From Scyliorhinus canicula (taxonomy: Eukaryota), in the NCBI RefSeq assembly GCF_902713615.1, contig NC_052149.1, forward strand, positions 126,545,256 through 126,609,255: a stretch of DNA of 64,000 bases. Reading direction: 5' to 3'. A program made the translations under genes and the position numbers. The stretch's first letter is position 1. The number at the start of each line of letters is the position of its first letter. Below are positions 38,446 through 50,984 of the stretch, one piece after another. Under the pieces are notes generated by a model. That model was given only the letters and a program-made list of their open reading frames with translations, made no database searches and had not been told where the DNA came from.

Positions 38446-41337
38446 GGGTTTGCTCCTGGGTGATAGGGGTTATCCACTGCGGCTGTGTCTGATGACGTGG
38501 AGACCCTCTACAACAACGCCCATGTAGCGACCAGGGGTGTGACCGAGCGGTGCTTCGGCCTCCTGAAGATGTGGTTCAGGTGCCTGGACCACTCTGGAGG
38601 GGCCCTTCAGTTTGGTCCCGAGAGGGTCGCCCGCATTATGGTGGCCGGCTGTACCCTCCACAACATCACGCAGCAGAGGGGCAATGTGCTGGCAGAAGAG
38701 GATGAACATCCGGCCTTCTCTGATGAGGAGGATGTAGGGGAGGGCGAGACAGGCAGGGCATAGGGCCCGGGCAGGCACAGGAGGCCCTACAATGTGTGCA
38801 CAAGGGCCAATGTACACGGGACGCTCTGATCACCTCCAGATTCACCGACTGATGGTGTCTGACCAAGGGCACAGACACCACAATGCCCCCCACACACCCC
38901 GCCCCGCCTCCTGGCCACTCGCCCGCCCAAAACATCCTCTATGATACATTCCTGCCGCACTACGGGATGCAGACCCTGGTTGGCAGTAACAGCGGGTCTG
39001 GTCTATGGGACGGAGGATGATGACAGCCCGCTCAGCAATGAGCTCTGGTGCTCCGCATCGTTTGACAATGTCTGACTCCTGCCACAGTAGCACTTTCCAC
39101 CTGGGTGATCCCTGCCTGCGAGCTGACCAGTCTATTGAATCATTGATGTGCCGGACTTCCGGTGGTGGCTATGAGGGAGTAAGTCGCACATTTGGTAGCT
39201 CGCGCTCCGGTCTGACTTTAAGACCTTTCCCCCCGATTTTTTTGAACTTTTGAGCGCTGGAGTGAAAAACAATAGCACTCCAGATCTGAATCCATACAGA
39301 GTTGTCTGGACTTAAGGAGCAGAAGGGAGCGAAAACAGGCGAAGAAGGGGCTGAACAAAGGTGGTGTGGAAGCTCTAGTGGGAGGAAAGATGGCCGGTGA
39401 ACGGACCACGGAACGGACGGTCCATGCAGCACCGGACAACATGCTGAAGGTCATGAAAGAGAGCTTCGCAGCACTGAAGCGGGATAATTTGGAACCGCTC
39501 CAGCAAGCGGTGGAGCGACTTGACCAGATGCTGGATGCTCAGGATAAGGAGGTCCGGGCACTGGAGAAGAAAGTGGAAGGGCAGGCGGATTTCCAAACGG
39601 TAGCGGACGTGGAAATTAGAAAGTTGAAGGAGCAGCAAGCAAGGCTGATGGACAAGCTGGAGGACCTGAAAAACAGGTCTCGCCGGCAGAATCTGAGAAT
39701 CATTGGGCTCCCGGAGGGGGCCGAGGGAGTGGATGCCACGGTATATGTGGCAGACATGCTGCAGAAGCTGGTGGGGGATGATTTCTTCCCGCGTCTGTTG
39801 GAGCTGGGCAGGGCACACAGAGTGCAGGTGAGGCATCCACGGGCGGTGGGGGGGGCCGGGCGATGGTGGTCAGGTTCCATAGGTTCGTGGACAAGGAGCG
39901 GGTTCTACAGTGGGCCAAGAGCACGAGGAGCTGCTCATGGAACAACAGTGTCCTGCGCATCTACCAGGATCTGAGCCAGGAGGTGGCCAGAAGGAGGGCA
40001 GCCTACAGACAAATTAAAGGGATTCTATTTAAAAAGAAGGTCAAGTTTGGGCTACTTTTCCCGACGCAGCTTTGGGTCACATACAAGCCGAACAGCAACA
40101 TTATTTTGACAACCCGGAGGAAGTGATGGACTTTGCTAAGGGGCATGGACTGATGCCGAACTGAGGACCCATGGACTCAGGTTAGGGTGTACTGAGGGAT
40201 GTCTGCAGTTGTTCACAGCCCTTTGTATTAGCGATGTCGTGTTCTTCTGTTTGTGTTTGCCTGTTTGAAAGTTTTAAAGTTAAAGCCAAAGTTACAGTTA
40301 AAGTTTAAGTTATTGGTAGCTGGGGGGCTGTTCGGGTTCTTTTTGCTTTTTTTCTGGGAATGTTGGGAGGGGGGTAGGTGGCAGCACCCACCTCATTACA
40401 CAGTTTGAATTGCACTATTGTGGGAACGAGCTTTGTTCTTTGTTTGTTTTCTCTCTGTTTTGGTCCCAGAGCGATTGCTCGAACAGGGCTGTTCTGGGGA
40501 GGTGGTGTTGATGGGTGGGGGGGAGGGGAGCGGGGGGACAATAGGTGGGGGACATGGTGGCGCCGGAGTTGAGAGCCACCAGGCTAGCTGCTTTGAGCTA
40601 GTCAACGGGAGCGAGGTGGGGGGGGGGGTGTATACAGCCAGTATAGGACAGGGGTTAGGTGACAAGGGGTTGTTGCTGGGGGGGAGGGGGGGGGGGGGGG
40701 GGGGGGGAAGATGATCTGCTGATGAGGGAGGCAACTGAACCAGGTAACAGGGAAGGGGTCGGGTGTGGAAGCTGCCAAGAGGCGGACCAGGGGAGACGCG
40801 GCACATGGGCAGGGGGTGGGCCCAAGAAAGGGGGATGGCTATCGGCGTTGGGGGGGGGGGGGGGGGGGGGGGCAGGGTGCCCTCCAACCAGGCTGATCAC
40901 CTGGAATGCTAGAGGATTAAACGGGCCGGTCAAGAGGACATGTGTGTTCGCGCACTTACGGGCTCTGAAGGCGGATGTAATGTTACTGCAGGGGACACAT
41001 TTGAAAGTGGCGGACCAGATTAGATTACGGAAGGGCTGGGTTAGCCAGGTCTTCCATTCGGGCCTTGACGCAAAGACCAGAGGGGTCGCGATCATGATTA
41101 AGAAACGGGTTAAGCTTGAGGCGAACAGCACAGTTGCGGATGGGGGGGAGGGGTAGATTTCCCATGGTCCGGGGCAAGCTTGAGGGGGTGAAGGTGGTCC
41201 TAGTGAATATTTACGCTCCAAACTGGGATGATGTAGATTTCATCAAAAGGCTGCTGGGGAAAATCCCCGACTTGGATTTGCACAAGTTGATTATGGGTGG
41301 GGACTTTAATACAGTCCTCGACCCCGACCTGGACCGG

Positions 41338-41584
41338 TGATGTACCATCAATTGGACACGAGACACGATGAATGTCAAAACTTAGGCTTTAATCAGCTAG
41401 ATGTTAGCCCGGTGGCCATCTACAGAGAAAGGCCTCGGAGGCGGGGTCTACTTGCCTCTCGACCAATTGGTGAGCAGTCACATGACTAGTCTCAGCCAAT
41501 CAGCCGAGAGGCACATGACCAGCCAGAGCCAATGGGAAACCAGTGCTCTGCACCAATGGCAGTGCTCCCACTCATACAACCACA
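41338..41584 (-). mobile_element. Solo LTR inserted in the L1 endonuclease region
   Basis: TG...CA ends, with perfect 5-bp TSD ACCGG at 41333-41337 and 41585-41589. Confidence 0.9.
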
Positions 41585-44480
41585 ACCGGTCATACTCCAG
41601 AACGGGCAGGGTCCCGGCAATGGCAAGAGAACTTACAGGGTTCATGGAACAAATGGGGGGGGGGGGGTGGGGGGGTGGACCCCTGGAAAATCAGCCGGTC
41701 GACGGGGAAGGAGTTCTCGTTCTATTCACATGTTCACAAGGTTTATTCTCGTATTGACTTCTTTATTATGAGTAGGGACTTTTTGGAGGGGGTGAGGGAT
41801 ACTGAATATTCGGCGATCACTATTTCAGGCCATGCTCCACATTGGGTCGACCTGCAGGTCTGCAAAGAAAGTTACCAGCGCCCACAATGGATGTTAGAGG
41901 TGGGATTGTTGGCAGAGAGGGTGTGTGAGCGAGTGGGGAAATGCATGCAGGACTACCTGCAGGTCAACGATACAGGGGAAGTCTCAGCAGCGGTGCTCTG
42001 AGAGGCACTGAAGGCGGTGGTGAGAGGGGAACTGATCTCAATCCGAGCCCATAGGGACAGAACGGATAGGGCAGAGATGGACAGACTGGTGCAGGAGATG
42101 ACACGGACGGATAGGGAATATGCGGAATCCCCGAGGGCAGAGCTACTTAGGGAACGACGGAGACTGCAGGCGGAGCTGGGAGCGCTATCCACTGGGAAGG
42201 CCGTAGAGCAACTCAGAAAGGCCAGGGGCGCGGTGTATGAGTACGGGGAGAAAGCCAGCAGAATGCTTGCACCGCAACTTAGGAAGAGGGAGGCGGCCAG
42301 GCAGATAGGGACGGTAGTGGACAGGGCAGGGAACCGGGTGGGAGACCCGGCAGGACTGAACAGGGTATCCAGGGACTTTTACAGTAAGCTGTATACCTCG
42401 GAACCCCCCCCACGGGGCCAGAGGGGATGAGGTGCTTCTTAGATGGGCTGACCTTCCCAAAGGTGGGCAGGGGGATGGTAGAGGGGCTGGGGGCCTCGAT
42501 TATAGCTGAAGAAGTAATGGGGAGCCTGAAGGCCATGCAGTCAGGTAAAACCCCGGGGCCGGATGGGTATCCAGTGGAGTTCTACAAAACGTTCTCGGGT
42601 ATACTGGGGCCAGTGCTGGTTAGGGTGTTTAACGAGGCGAGGGACAATGGGATATTGCCCCCGACGATGTCGCAAACCACCATCTCGCTGATATTAAAAC
42701 GGGATAAGGATCCGGAGGTTTGTGGGTCCCATAGGCCAATCTCCCTGATTAATGTAGACGCTAAACTGCTGGCCAAGATCCTGGCATCCAGAATTGAGGA
42801 CTGCGTACCGGACGTGATTGTGGAGGACCAAACGGGGTTTGTTAAGGGCAGGCAGCTAGTAGCCAATCTAAGAAGGCTACTCAATGTGATTATGATGCCC
42901 CCGGAGGGCAGAGAGGTGGAGGTAGTGGTGGCAATGGATGCCAAAAAGGCTTTTGACTGGGTGGAATGGGACTATTTATGGGAGGTGTTGGGACGGTTTG
43001 GGTTTGGAGAAGGCTTTGTGGACTGGGTTAAACTGCTATATCAGGCCCCGGAGGCTAGTGTAAGGACGAACAGGACGACATCTGAGTATTTTAGGCTACA
43101 CCGCGGGACAAGACAGGGATGCCCCCTCTCTCCACTGCTGTTTGCGTTGGCCATAGAACCGCTGGCAATTGCTCTGAGAGCGGCAAGGGGATGGAAGGGA
43201 ATGGTCAGGGGGGGGGATAGAACACAAGGTCTCGCTCTGCGCGGATGACCTGCTTTTGTATGTGTCAGACCCAGCGGCAGGGATGGACGGGATTATGGAA
43301 ATCCTCGGGGAGTTTGGCTGGTTTTCGGGCTACAAGTTGAACATGGCAAAAAGCGAGATGTTTGTGGTGCAGGCGAGGGGTCAGGAGAATAGGCTGAGTG
43401 AGCTACCGTTTAGGCTGGTTGGGGAAAGTTTTAGGTATCTAGGGATACAAGTGGCGCGCGACTGGGGTAAGATGCATAGGATGAACTTGTCCAGGCTGGT
43501 GGAGCAAATGAGGAGCGAGTTCCGGAGGTGGGATGCGCTGTCACTATCGGGGAGAGTACAGACGGTGAAGATGACGATCCTCCCGAGATTCCTGTTTATT
43601 TTTCAGTGTCTCCCTATTTTCATTCTTTAAAAGAATCAATAAAATCATCCTGGGATTTATTTGGGCGGGGAAGTCCCCGCGGGTAAAGAGGGGAATGCTG
43701 GAACGGAACCGTAGCGAGGGGGGGCTGGCGCTGCCGAACCTCAGCAACTACTACTGGGCGGCTAACATAGCCATGATAAGGAAATGGATGGTGGGTATGG
43801 GGTCTGTTTGGGAGCGGGTGGAGGCTGCTTCATGCAGGGGCACCAGCTTGGCAGCCCTGGTCACGGCTCCCCTACTGTTCCCGCCGCCAGGTACTCCACC
43901 AGCCCTGTAGTGGTGGCGGCTCTGTGGATTTGGGGCCAATGGAGGAAGTGTGCGGGGGAAGTGGGAGCGTCGGTCTGGTCCCCAATATGTGACAACCATC
44001 GATTTGTCCCGGGGAAGATGGATGGCGGGTTTCGAGCGTGGCAGAGGGCAGGGGTGGGAAGGATGGGCGACGTGTTCCTGGAAGGGAGCTTCGCAAACAT
44101 GAGGGCGCTGGAGGAGAAGTTCGGGCTGGCGCGGGGGAATGACTTTCGGTACTTGCAGGTGCGAGATTTCGTACGTAGACAGGTCCCGTCCTTTCCACGC
44201 CTTCCACCAAGGGGGATCCAGGACAGGGTAGTTTCCAGGGGTGAGGTAGGAGAGGGGAGAGTCTCAGATATTTATAAGGAACTTATTAGGAGGACACAGG
44301 GACTGAGGAACTGAAACTTAAGTGGGAGGAGGAGCTTGGTGGGGAGTTGGAGGGAGGCGTATGGGCAGACGCTCTGAGGAGGGTAAATGCAACTGTAACA
44401 GTTCAAGGTAGTTCACCGGGCCCACACGACGGTGGCCCGGATGAGCAAATTCTTTGGGCTGGAGGACAAGTGTGCTAGAT

Positions 44481-44829
44481 ATCATAGATTTTACAGTGCA
44501 GAAGGAGGCCACTCGGCCCAACGAGTCTGCACCGGCTCTTGGAAAGAGCACCCTACCCAAGGTCAACACCTCCAATTTATCCCCATAACCCAGTAACCCC
44601 ACCCAACAATAAGGGCAATTTTGGACACAATGGGCAATTTATCATGGCCACTCCATCTAACCTGCACATCTTTGGACTGTGGGAGGAAACCGGAGCACCC
44701 GGAGGAAACCCACGCACACACGGGGAGGATGTGCAGACTCGACACAGTCAGTGACCCAAGCTGCAATCGAACCTGGGACCCTGGAGCTGTGAAGCAATTG
44801 TGCTATCCACAAGGCTACCATGCTGCGCC
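44481..44829 (-). mobile_element. tRNA-headed SINE, tail type B, inserted in L1 ORF2
   Basis: Head, core and tail as in 7007-7341. Confidence 0.9.
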
Positions 44830-45694
44830 TGATGTGGGGGAGGACCAGTGAACCATGCCCACATGTTCTGGGCGTGTCCAAAACACAGGGGATACTGGCA
44901 GGGATTTGCAGACGTCATGTCCCGGGGACTGAAAACAAGGGTGGCGATGAGTCCAGAGGTGGCGATTTTTGGGGTGTCGGAAGACCCGGGAGTCCAGGAG
45001 GGGATAGAGGCCGACGTTGTGGCCTTTGCTTCCCTGATGGCCCGGTGACGAATACTGTTGGCCTGGAGGGACTCATAGCCCCCAAATACCGAAGTATGGC
45101 TGTCGGACATGGCAAGCTTTCTCGGCTTGGAAAAAATCAAGTTCGCCTTACGCGGATCACTATCGGGGTTCGCTCGAAGGTGGCAACCATTCATCAACTT
45201 CTTCGCGGGGAACTAATCATCAGCGGAGGGTGGGGTAGAATAGTGTAGAGTAGGGGGGGGGAGAATAGGCGGGTCAATCTGAGAGAGTGGTACTGTTATT
45301 TTACTGTGTTTTTTGTAATTGGTATTTGCACACTAATGTATATTGTTATTGTTTACAATGCCAAAAATACCTGAATAAAATTGTCTGTTAAAAAAAATCA
45401 TTGATGTGGCGGAGGTTGGGACGGTGGTAGTTGTGGGTGGCGGGGGAATGGGACACCGGAGCGGTGAGCGCTGGCTGAACTGTGGCCTTTGAGCCAAGCC
45501 AACCCCCAACAACCGTCCATTTCCCCTGCCCCACGCACCCTATCTGACCAGCCCAGACCCTAACCAGCCCACCCCTCACACCCATCCGACAGAGCACCAA
45601 GGCAGGTTGTGAACAGGTGTTTAATGTGACAACAAATATACAGATTGGGCCCTAGCCCCCGTCACTAAACTGTGCCCTGCACCCGTGCCAGCAT

Positions 45695-45876
45695 AGGGCA
45701 ATGTTTAGCACACTGGGCTAAACCGCTGACTTTGAAAGCAGACCAAGCAAGCAAGCAGCACGGTTCGATTCCCGTAACAGCCTCCCCGAACAGGCGCCGG
45801 AATGTGGCGACTAGGGGCTTTTCACAGTAACTTCAATGAAGTCTACTCGTGACAATAAGTGATTTTCATTTTTCAT
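45695..45876 (+). mobile_element. Short SINE: a different tRNA-like head joined directly to a type A tail
   Basis: GGGCAATGTTTAGCACACTGGGCTAAA...GGTTCGATTCCCG, then CCGAACAGGCGCCGGAATGTGGCGACTAGGGGCTTTTCACAG. Confidence 0.75.
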
Positions 45877-45877
45877 A

Positions 45878-46190
45878 AGGGGGCACGGTAGCATAGTGGT
45901 TAGCACAATGGCTTCATAGTGCCAGGGTCCCGGTTTGATTCCCGACTTGTCTGTGCGGAGTCTGCACATTCTCCCCTTGTCTGCGTGGGTTTCCTCTGGG
46001 TGCTCCGGTTTCCTCCCACAGGCCAAAGATGTGCACGGGTAGGTGAATTGGCTATACTAAATTGCCCTAAGGTTAGGTGGGGTTACGGGGATGGGGTAGA
46101 AGTGTGGGCTTAGATAGGGTGATCTTTCCATAGGTTGGTGCAGACTCGATGGGCTGAATGGCCTCCTTCCGCACTGTAAATACTGTGATT
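45878..46190 (+). mobile_element. tRNA-headed SINE, tail type B
   Basis: Same head, core and tail as 11339-11672. Confidence 0.9.
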
Positions 46191-46209
46191 CTGTGAAAAC
46201 TGCTTTCTA

Positions 46210-47230
46210 ATTTTCTGTCCTTACAGGTCCTAATGCTACATCTAGGTGGATCAGGAGTGGAGGCTGCCTGCTGTAATTCCTACTCTGTGACCTGGGTCCC
46301 CTTTGCTGGCCATCTTCTGGGGCAAATGGGCCTGGATGGACCCGGCTGCTGTTCGACTGTCCCAGGTAGTGTGGTGCCGCCCTGTTCTGCCCGCTGTGAC
46401 TGCACTGTCCAGCAGTGTCTGGCACATTGCTGCCTGTGAGGGGGCAGCCTTGTACTGGGCCTAGGCCAGCGGCCGCAGAGTGTGCCCCAAGCCTTGGACA
46501 TGCTGACCCAGGGCTGAAACCCTCGCCCCAAGGCCTCCACTGCGGACCTGGGTGTCACCATGGCAGCACCACCTCCTCCTCCTGCACACGGTTGGATTCC
46601 TCCACCTTCTCCTGCAGGTGCTGGATACTCACCAACAACCCTTCATGTAGTCGCTGAATCTGCGACTGCATCACCACAATCGATGGGACTGTCCGTTCCA
46701 GAACCCCAACACCCTTCTGGATGGCAGCTAGTTCCTGGGGCCGGCCCACCCTCCGACCCTCCGCGCCCTCGGGAGTTCCTACCTCCACCTGCTGTACTGG
46801 GGCATGTGTGTCGTGGCACCAGATAGTGTCCCAGGGGCTTCTTCACTAAGGTGCCCCGCCAAGGTGAGTATCTCTGGGATGGTGGAGGGTGTTGAAGACA
46901 GCTTAGCAGTGCTAGCCTGGCATGCTGGCAGTGCCACCTGGTGACTCTGGGAATACCATCTGGTCACCCTGGCAATGCCACACTGGACCTGCTAAGATGT
47001 CCATGGGGCACGACCAGAATGGCATGAGCACTGCCAGGGTGTCAGGCTGGCACTTCCATGCTGCCCGGGCAGCAGGCTGTCCGAGCCTGGGATCAGGCCC
47101 CGAGCGTCCCTGCCTTGACCGGGTGGATGAGGGGTGGGTCGAGAACCCCCTAATCGGTAATTTGGGGAATCCGGAGGCCACGGTGGGAGTTGAGGGATGG
47201 GGGCAGCATTTAAAGATCACCCCCTGATCT
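46210..47230 (-). mobile_element. 3' exons of a Harbinger Myb/SANT-like gene, convergent with the transposase at 36340-38763
   Basis: 46560-46870 is similar to 18280-18650, e.g. GGGAGTTCCTACCTCC and CTTCACTAA(A/G)GTGCCC. Confidence 0.7.
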
Positions 47231-47682
47231 CTCCCTGCACTGACGGGTTCAGCTCGCAGGAAGTGGATGTCAGTGCGGCCTCGGAGTCTCCTTCCTCACC
47301 AAGGCCCAAATATCCCAGAGTCCCGGTTAATAACGGGATCATTTTCAGCACTGCAATCTCTGGGAAACACCCCACTAAACACACCCAAAACAGGAGCCTG
47401 TTCATTCCCAGTTACATTGCTCCCTGAGTAAATCAGTCGCTGCAGAAATGTTGTGGTGATCGGAGGGCCAGAGACAGATAGTTGGGATTTTGAAAGTGCC
47501 GTTGGAAGTGAATTGGGGAATAGGTTTTTCCAGGGATGGATACAAAAGGGGGTAGGGTTGGGGTGTGGAAGGGGGATGTGGGTGGGGAGTGATATAAGGA
47601 AGTGATCAGAGATGGTCTTATCTGTGATTGAAACACTGGGAGTAGTGATACCACGTGAGGAGGTAAGGTCATATACAATTCA

Positions 47683-47930
47683 TAAACTTCATAGAATTCA
47701 TAGAATTTACAGTGCAGAAGGAGGCCATTCAGCCCATCGAGTCCGCACCGGCCCTTGGAAAGAGCACCCCACCCAAGCCCATGCCTCTACCCTATCCTTG
47801 TAACCCAGTAACCCCACCTAAACATTTTGGACACTGAGGGCAATTTAGCATGACCAATCTACCTAACCTGCACAACTTTGGACTGTGGGGGAACTGGAGC
47901 ACCCAAAGAAAAGCCACACAGACACAGGGA
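47683..47930 (-). mobile_element. 5'-truncated SINE, tail type B
   Basis: CATAGAATTTACAGTGCAGAAGGAGGCCATTCAGCCCATCGAG tail. Confidence 0.85.
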
Positions 47931-48051
47931 GAATATGGGAGAAGGGGGAGGTGGGGAATATGGGTTGGAGAATTGTGATTGTGATGATTTAATCCCAGCA
48001 ACTTTCAGTCTCTTTTCTGATTTGAATCTTGTAAACTCAGAGATTCCAGAT

Positions 48052-48318
48052 TGTTATAACCTGCCTGCTTCCCACTGGCTGGGGACTAATGGCAATCCCA
48101 CAATCCTTTGGGAGTATGAGATTCCCCAATGAGGGGGTTGGGGCAGAAATCATAAGCAGATTCGCTGCATAAATAAAGCTGGCCAGTTTGGAACCAGCTA
48201 GAGAGGAGTGAGCAGCAAGGGAGTTGCTGCTGCTGTTGTCTAAATATGTTATTGTAAATAAATGTTATTTCTTTCTATCCTTCAACTCGTGCTGGATTTC
48301 TCGTGACCTCACAAAACA
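48052..48318 (+). mobile_element. Probable solo LTR just downstream of the kappa poly(A) site
   Basis: TGTTATAACC...CACAAAACA ends with internal AATAAA. No TSD found. Confidence 0.5.
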
Positions 48319-48503
48319 AATAAAACTGATCATTTAAAAATGATTGATAATTGTCTTTGAATCCAATCTTCTTCGAATGTGTCATTGATTGACAGTCCAA
48401 CCAGCCAATCATGATAATCATTTGCTGAAATGCAGCCAATCAGCTGATGGGGAGGAGGGACATTCCAAACCACACACGAGACACATACTGAATATTCTTA
48501 ATG

Positions 48504-48509
48504 TTTATT
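48504..48509 (-). terminator. Igkappa polyadenylation signal
   Basis: AATAAA on minus ~500 nt after the C stop, followed by GT-rich GTATGTGTCTCGTGTGTGGTTTGG. Confidence 0.75.
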
Positions 48510-49005
48510 ACCTTTTACAGATTTACATTGTCAGAAAAAAGACTTGAATAAACAGCCCAGCCAGAGAAAGCTGGAGAAATTCTCAGGGAAAATATGGAGA
48601 TTTTCTCAATGACATGAGAATCCTGTCCCTTTAAACGGTGACTAAACCTTAAATTGTAACTGCAGGGTGAGCAGGAAGGAGGTCTGGTTTCCTGAAGCAG
48701 AGATTTCAGGGGTCACGTTATTTTGGTACAGCTGACAGTCTTCAGCATCTGAGAGGTTTTACTTGGCATCACGAGTCTGCACTGTCCCATCAAACATTCC
48801 CAGGACAAATGCTGCATGGGATTATATACAGAGTAAATATCCCTCTACAATGTCCCAAAAACATGGCTTAACCCCTGACCCTCAGAAGTGTCTCAGACCC
48901 AGTCCCGAGAAGGTTGTAATTCAGTGCTGACAATGCCCTTTGCCCTCCCAGCTCACCCCTGTTCTATTTAAAGTTGTGTCTCCTCTGTGGACTGTCTCTA
49001 ACACC

Positions 49006-49334
49006 CTACGCACATTCTGATCTCCTGATGCTCTTGCTGAGGGCAGAGGAGAGGCTCATGTGGGTGAGGGCACAGGAGAAGCGGGCGTTGGACTCCCAGG
49101 CAGAGCCAGAGAGGGTCAGCAGGCTGCTGACGCTGTAGGTGTTGTCCGAAGCTCGCAGGTAGTTGCTGGTCTGAACCCCGTCCGAAATGGCTGCACCATC
49201 CTTCTTCCACTCCACCACCAGCTCATCGGGATAGAAGTGATTGGCAAGGCACACCAGGGTGGCAGTGCCCTTGGTCTTGACCTCCTCCAGGGAGGGGGGC
49301 AGCAGGGTCAGTGTGGGTTGTGAATTCTCACGGC
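49006..49334 (-). CDS. IGKC: Ig kappa (shark type III/NS4-like) constant exon
   Basis: Acceptor TTTCTCTTTCAG. (S)RENSQPTLTLLPPSLEEVKTKGTATLVCLANHFYPDELVVEWKKDG...YSVSSLLTLSGSAWESNARFSCALTH...RSECA*. Both domain Cys, the Trp and the terminal interchain Cys are present. Confidence 0.97.
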
Positions 49335-49399
49335 CTGAAAGAGAAAGGAAGGAATTTTAATTGCTGCCTTAATAAAGGATTTCAACTTCCCAAATATTA

Positions 49400-50400
49400 A
49401 CTGGAATCAAGACATGTGTCAATGTATAGATGATCCGGAATTCTGACAATCCATTCTGAGCAACCTTTCTAACTAGCACAAAACAATCCCAACAAGAGAA
49501 GGAGCAGTTTTGGACAGTTTTGTGGATTGAATCTGGGCAGGTGAAGGGGTATCAGTGGGAGAGTATTTGGGTAATAGTGATCATAATTCAGTTAGATTTA
49601 GAGCAGTAATGGAAAAGGGTAAAGGCAGACCAAGAGGAAAAGTTTTAAATTGGGGAAAGGCCAATTTTCTGAAACTGGGATTTGCCAAAATGGACAGTAA
49701 ACAGCGACTTGATGGTAAAACAGTGACAGAGCAGGGGGAGGATATTCAAGCTGGAGATAGAGAGATTTCAGAACAAATATGTTCACACAAAGCAAGAGTG
49801 AGGGACATTGTGAGAGGATAACTAATGAATGAGTGGGATCAATTAGAGAGCAAAATGTAACTTGTGTGTGGAGGTGGAAGACATGGAGATGGTTCTTAAT
49901 GAATAATTTACATCAGTTTTCACTAATGCGAGGGACAAAGCAGACATTGGAGTTCAGGAGGAGAATTGTGAAATATTGGATGTGATAAAGATAGTGAGAG
50001 AGGAGATATTAATGTGTTTATTAGCTTTGAAAGGGGTGATACACCCAGGCCCGGGTGAAATGTATCCCAGGCTGCTAAGGGAAGGAAGGGAAGAAATAGC
50101 GGAGGCTCTGACCATTATTTTCCAATCCTCTCTGACTACAGGCTTGGTGTCAGAGGACTGGTGGATGATAATGTTGTACCGTTGTTTAAAAAGGGAGGAA
50201 GGGATAGGCCGAGGGAGCAATTTTGAATTTGATGAGGAGGGAACGAGGAGGGTTGATGACGGGAGTGAGTTTGATGTTGACAACATGGGTTTTCCAAGGA
50301 TTTTGCCAAGTTTCCAATGACAGACGGGTTTGGAAATTAAAAGCTGATGGAATCCAAGGGAAAGTGACAAATTGGATTTCAAATTGGTTCAGAGTCAGGA
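49400..50400 (+). mobile_element. Degenerate CR1 ORF2 fragments in the J-C intron, antisense to the gene
   Basis: GEYLGNSDHNSVRF and PGPGEMYPRLLREGREEIAEALT. Confidence 0.8.
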
Positions 50401-50984
50401 GGGTAAAGGTTTGATGTTAAGCTGATTAAATCATTTTAGAATGATACTTAGACATTTGTAAAGAAGTTCACTACAAATTCAGCACTGAAATAGTTAATAA
50501 TGAGAACATTTAAAGATGCAGTGTCCCATTTAAGAGACTATTAACCTATCAGGATGCTCGAACTATTGATCATTATTTCTGGGGGAACAGGTTGAACATT
50601 AACAAACCTCAAATCACACACAGAACCGGAGAAATCTATCCCAGAAATTTGGAGCAGATGTGGATCGACATACTTCACAAAGGATACTGATTGGCTGCCA
50701 GTGTAGAAGGTTCTAGATTTCACTTCAAACCTTGCTGCCCAGCCCTGGGCTCAGGTCAAGACTGAGATTCCGATTAGCCTCTGTGTCCAGGGGTCAGAAT
50801 AATCTATCCTTGCTCCTGTGCGGGAACGTCCGGTCACCAGCCGCGTGATTCTTGACTGCGTGCCATTCACTGGTGGCAGGATTATATCTGTCCGTCGATT
50901 GTCAATGGGATTTGCCACAGCAACCACCCGATGCCACTGTGAAACCCGCTGGCGGTGATGTGCTGCTGGTGGGAGAATTGAATA

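Larger units (their letters stand above)
36340..38763 (+). pseudogene. Harbinger (HARBI1-like) DDE transposase, disrupted
   Basis: VKVTVALNLYA, NRKGFHSMNMQLVC, YPGSVHN(D)SFIL, LLGDRGYPL, ERCFGLLKMWFRCLD...CTLHN. Frameshifts and nested LTRs disrupt it. Confidence 0.92.
39153..45395 (+). mobile_element. Full-span L1-clade LINE, degenerate. ORF1 ~39366-40126; ORF2 ~40880-45213.
   Basis: 5' GGACTTCCGGTGG. ORF1 coiled coil plus NRSRRQNLRIIGLPEG. Endonuclease LITWNARGLN. RT MDAKKAFD and PLSPLLFALAIEPL. AATAAA and poly(A). TSD AATCATTGATGTG(C/G)C. Confidence 0.97.
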
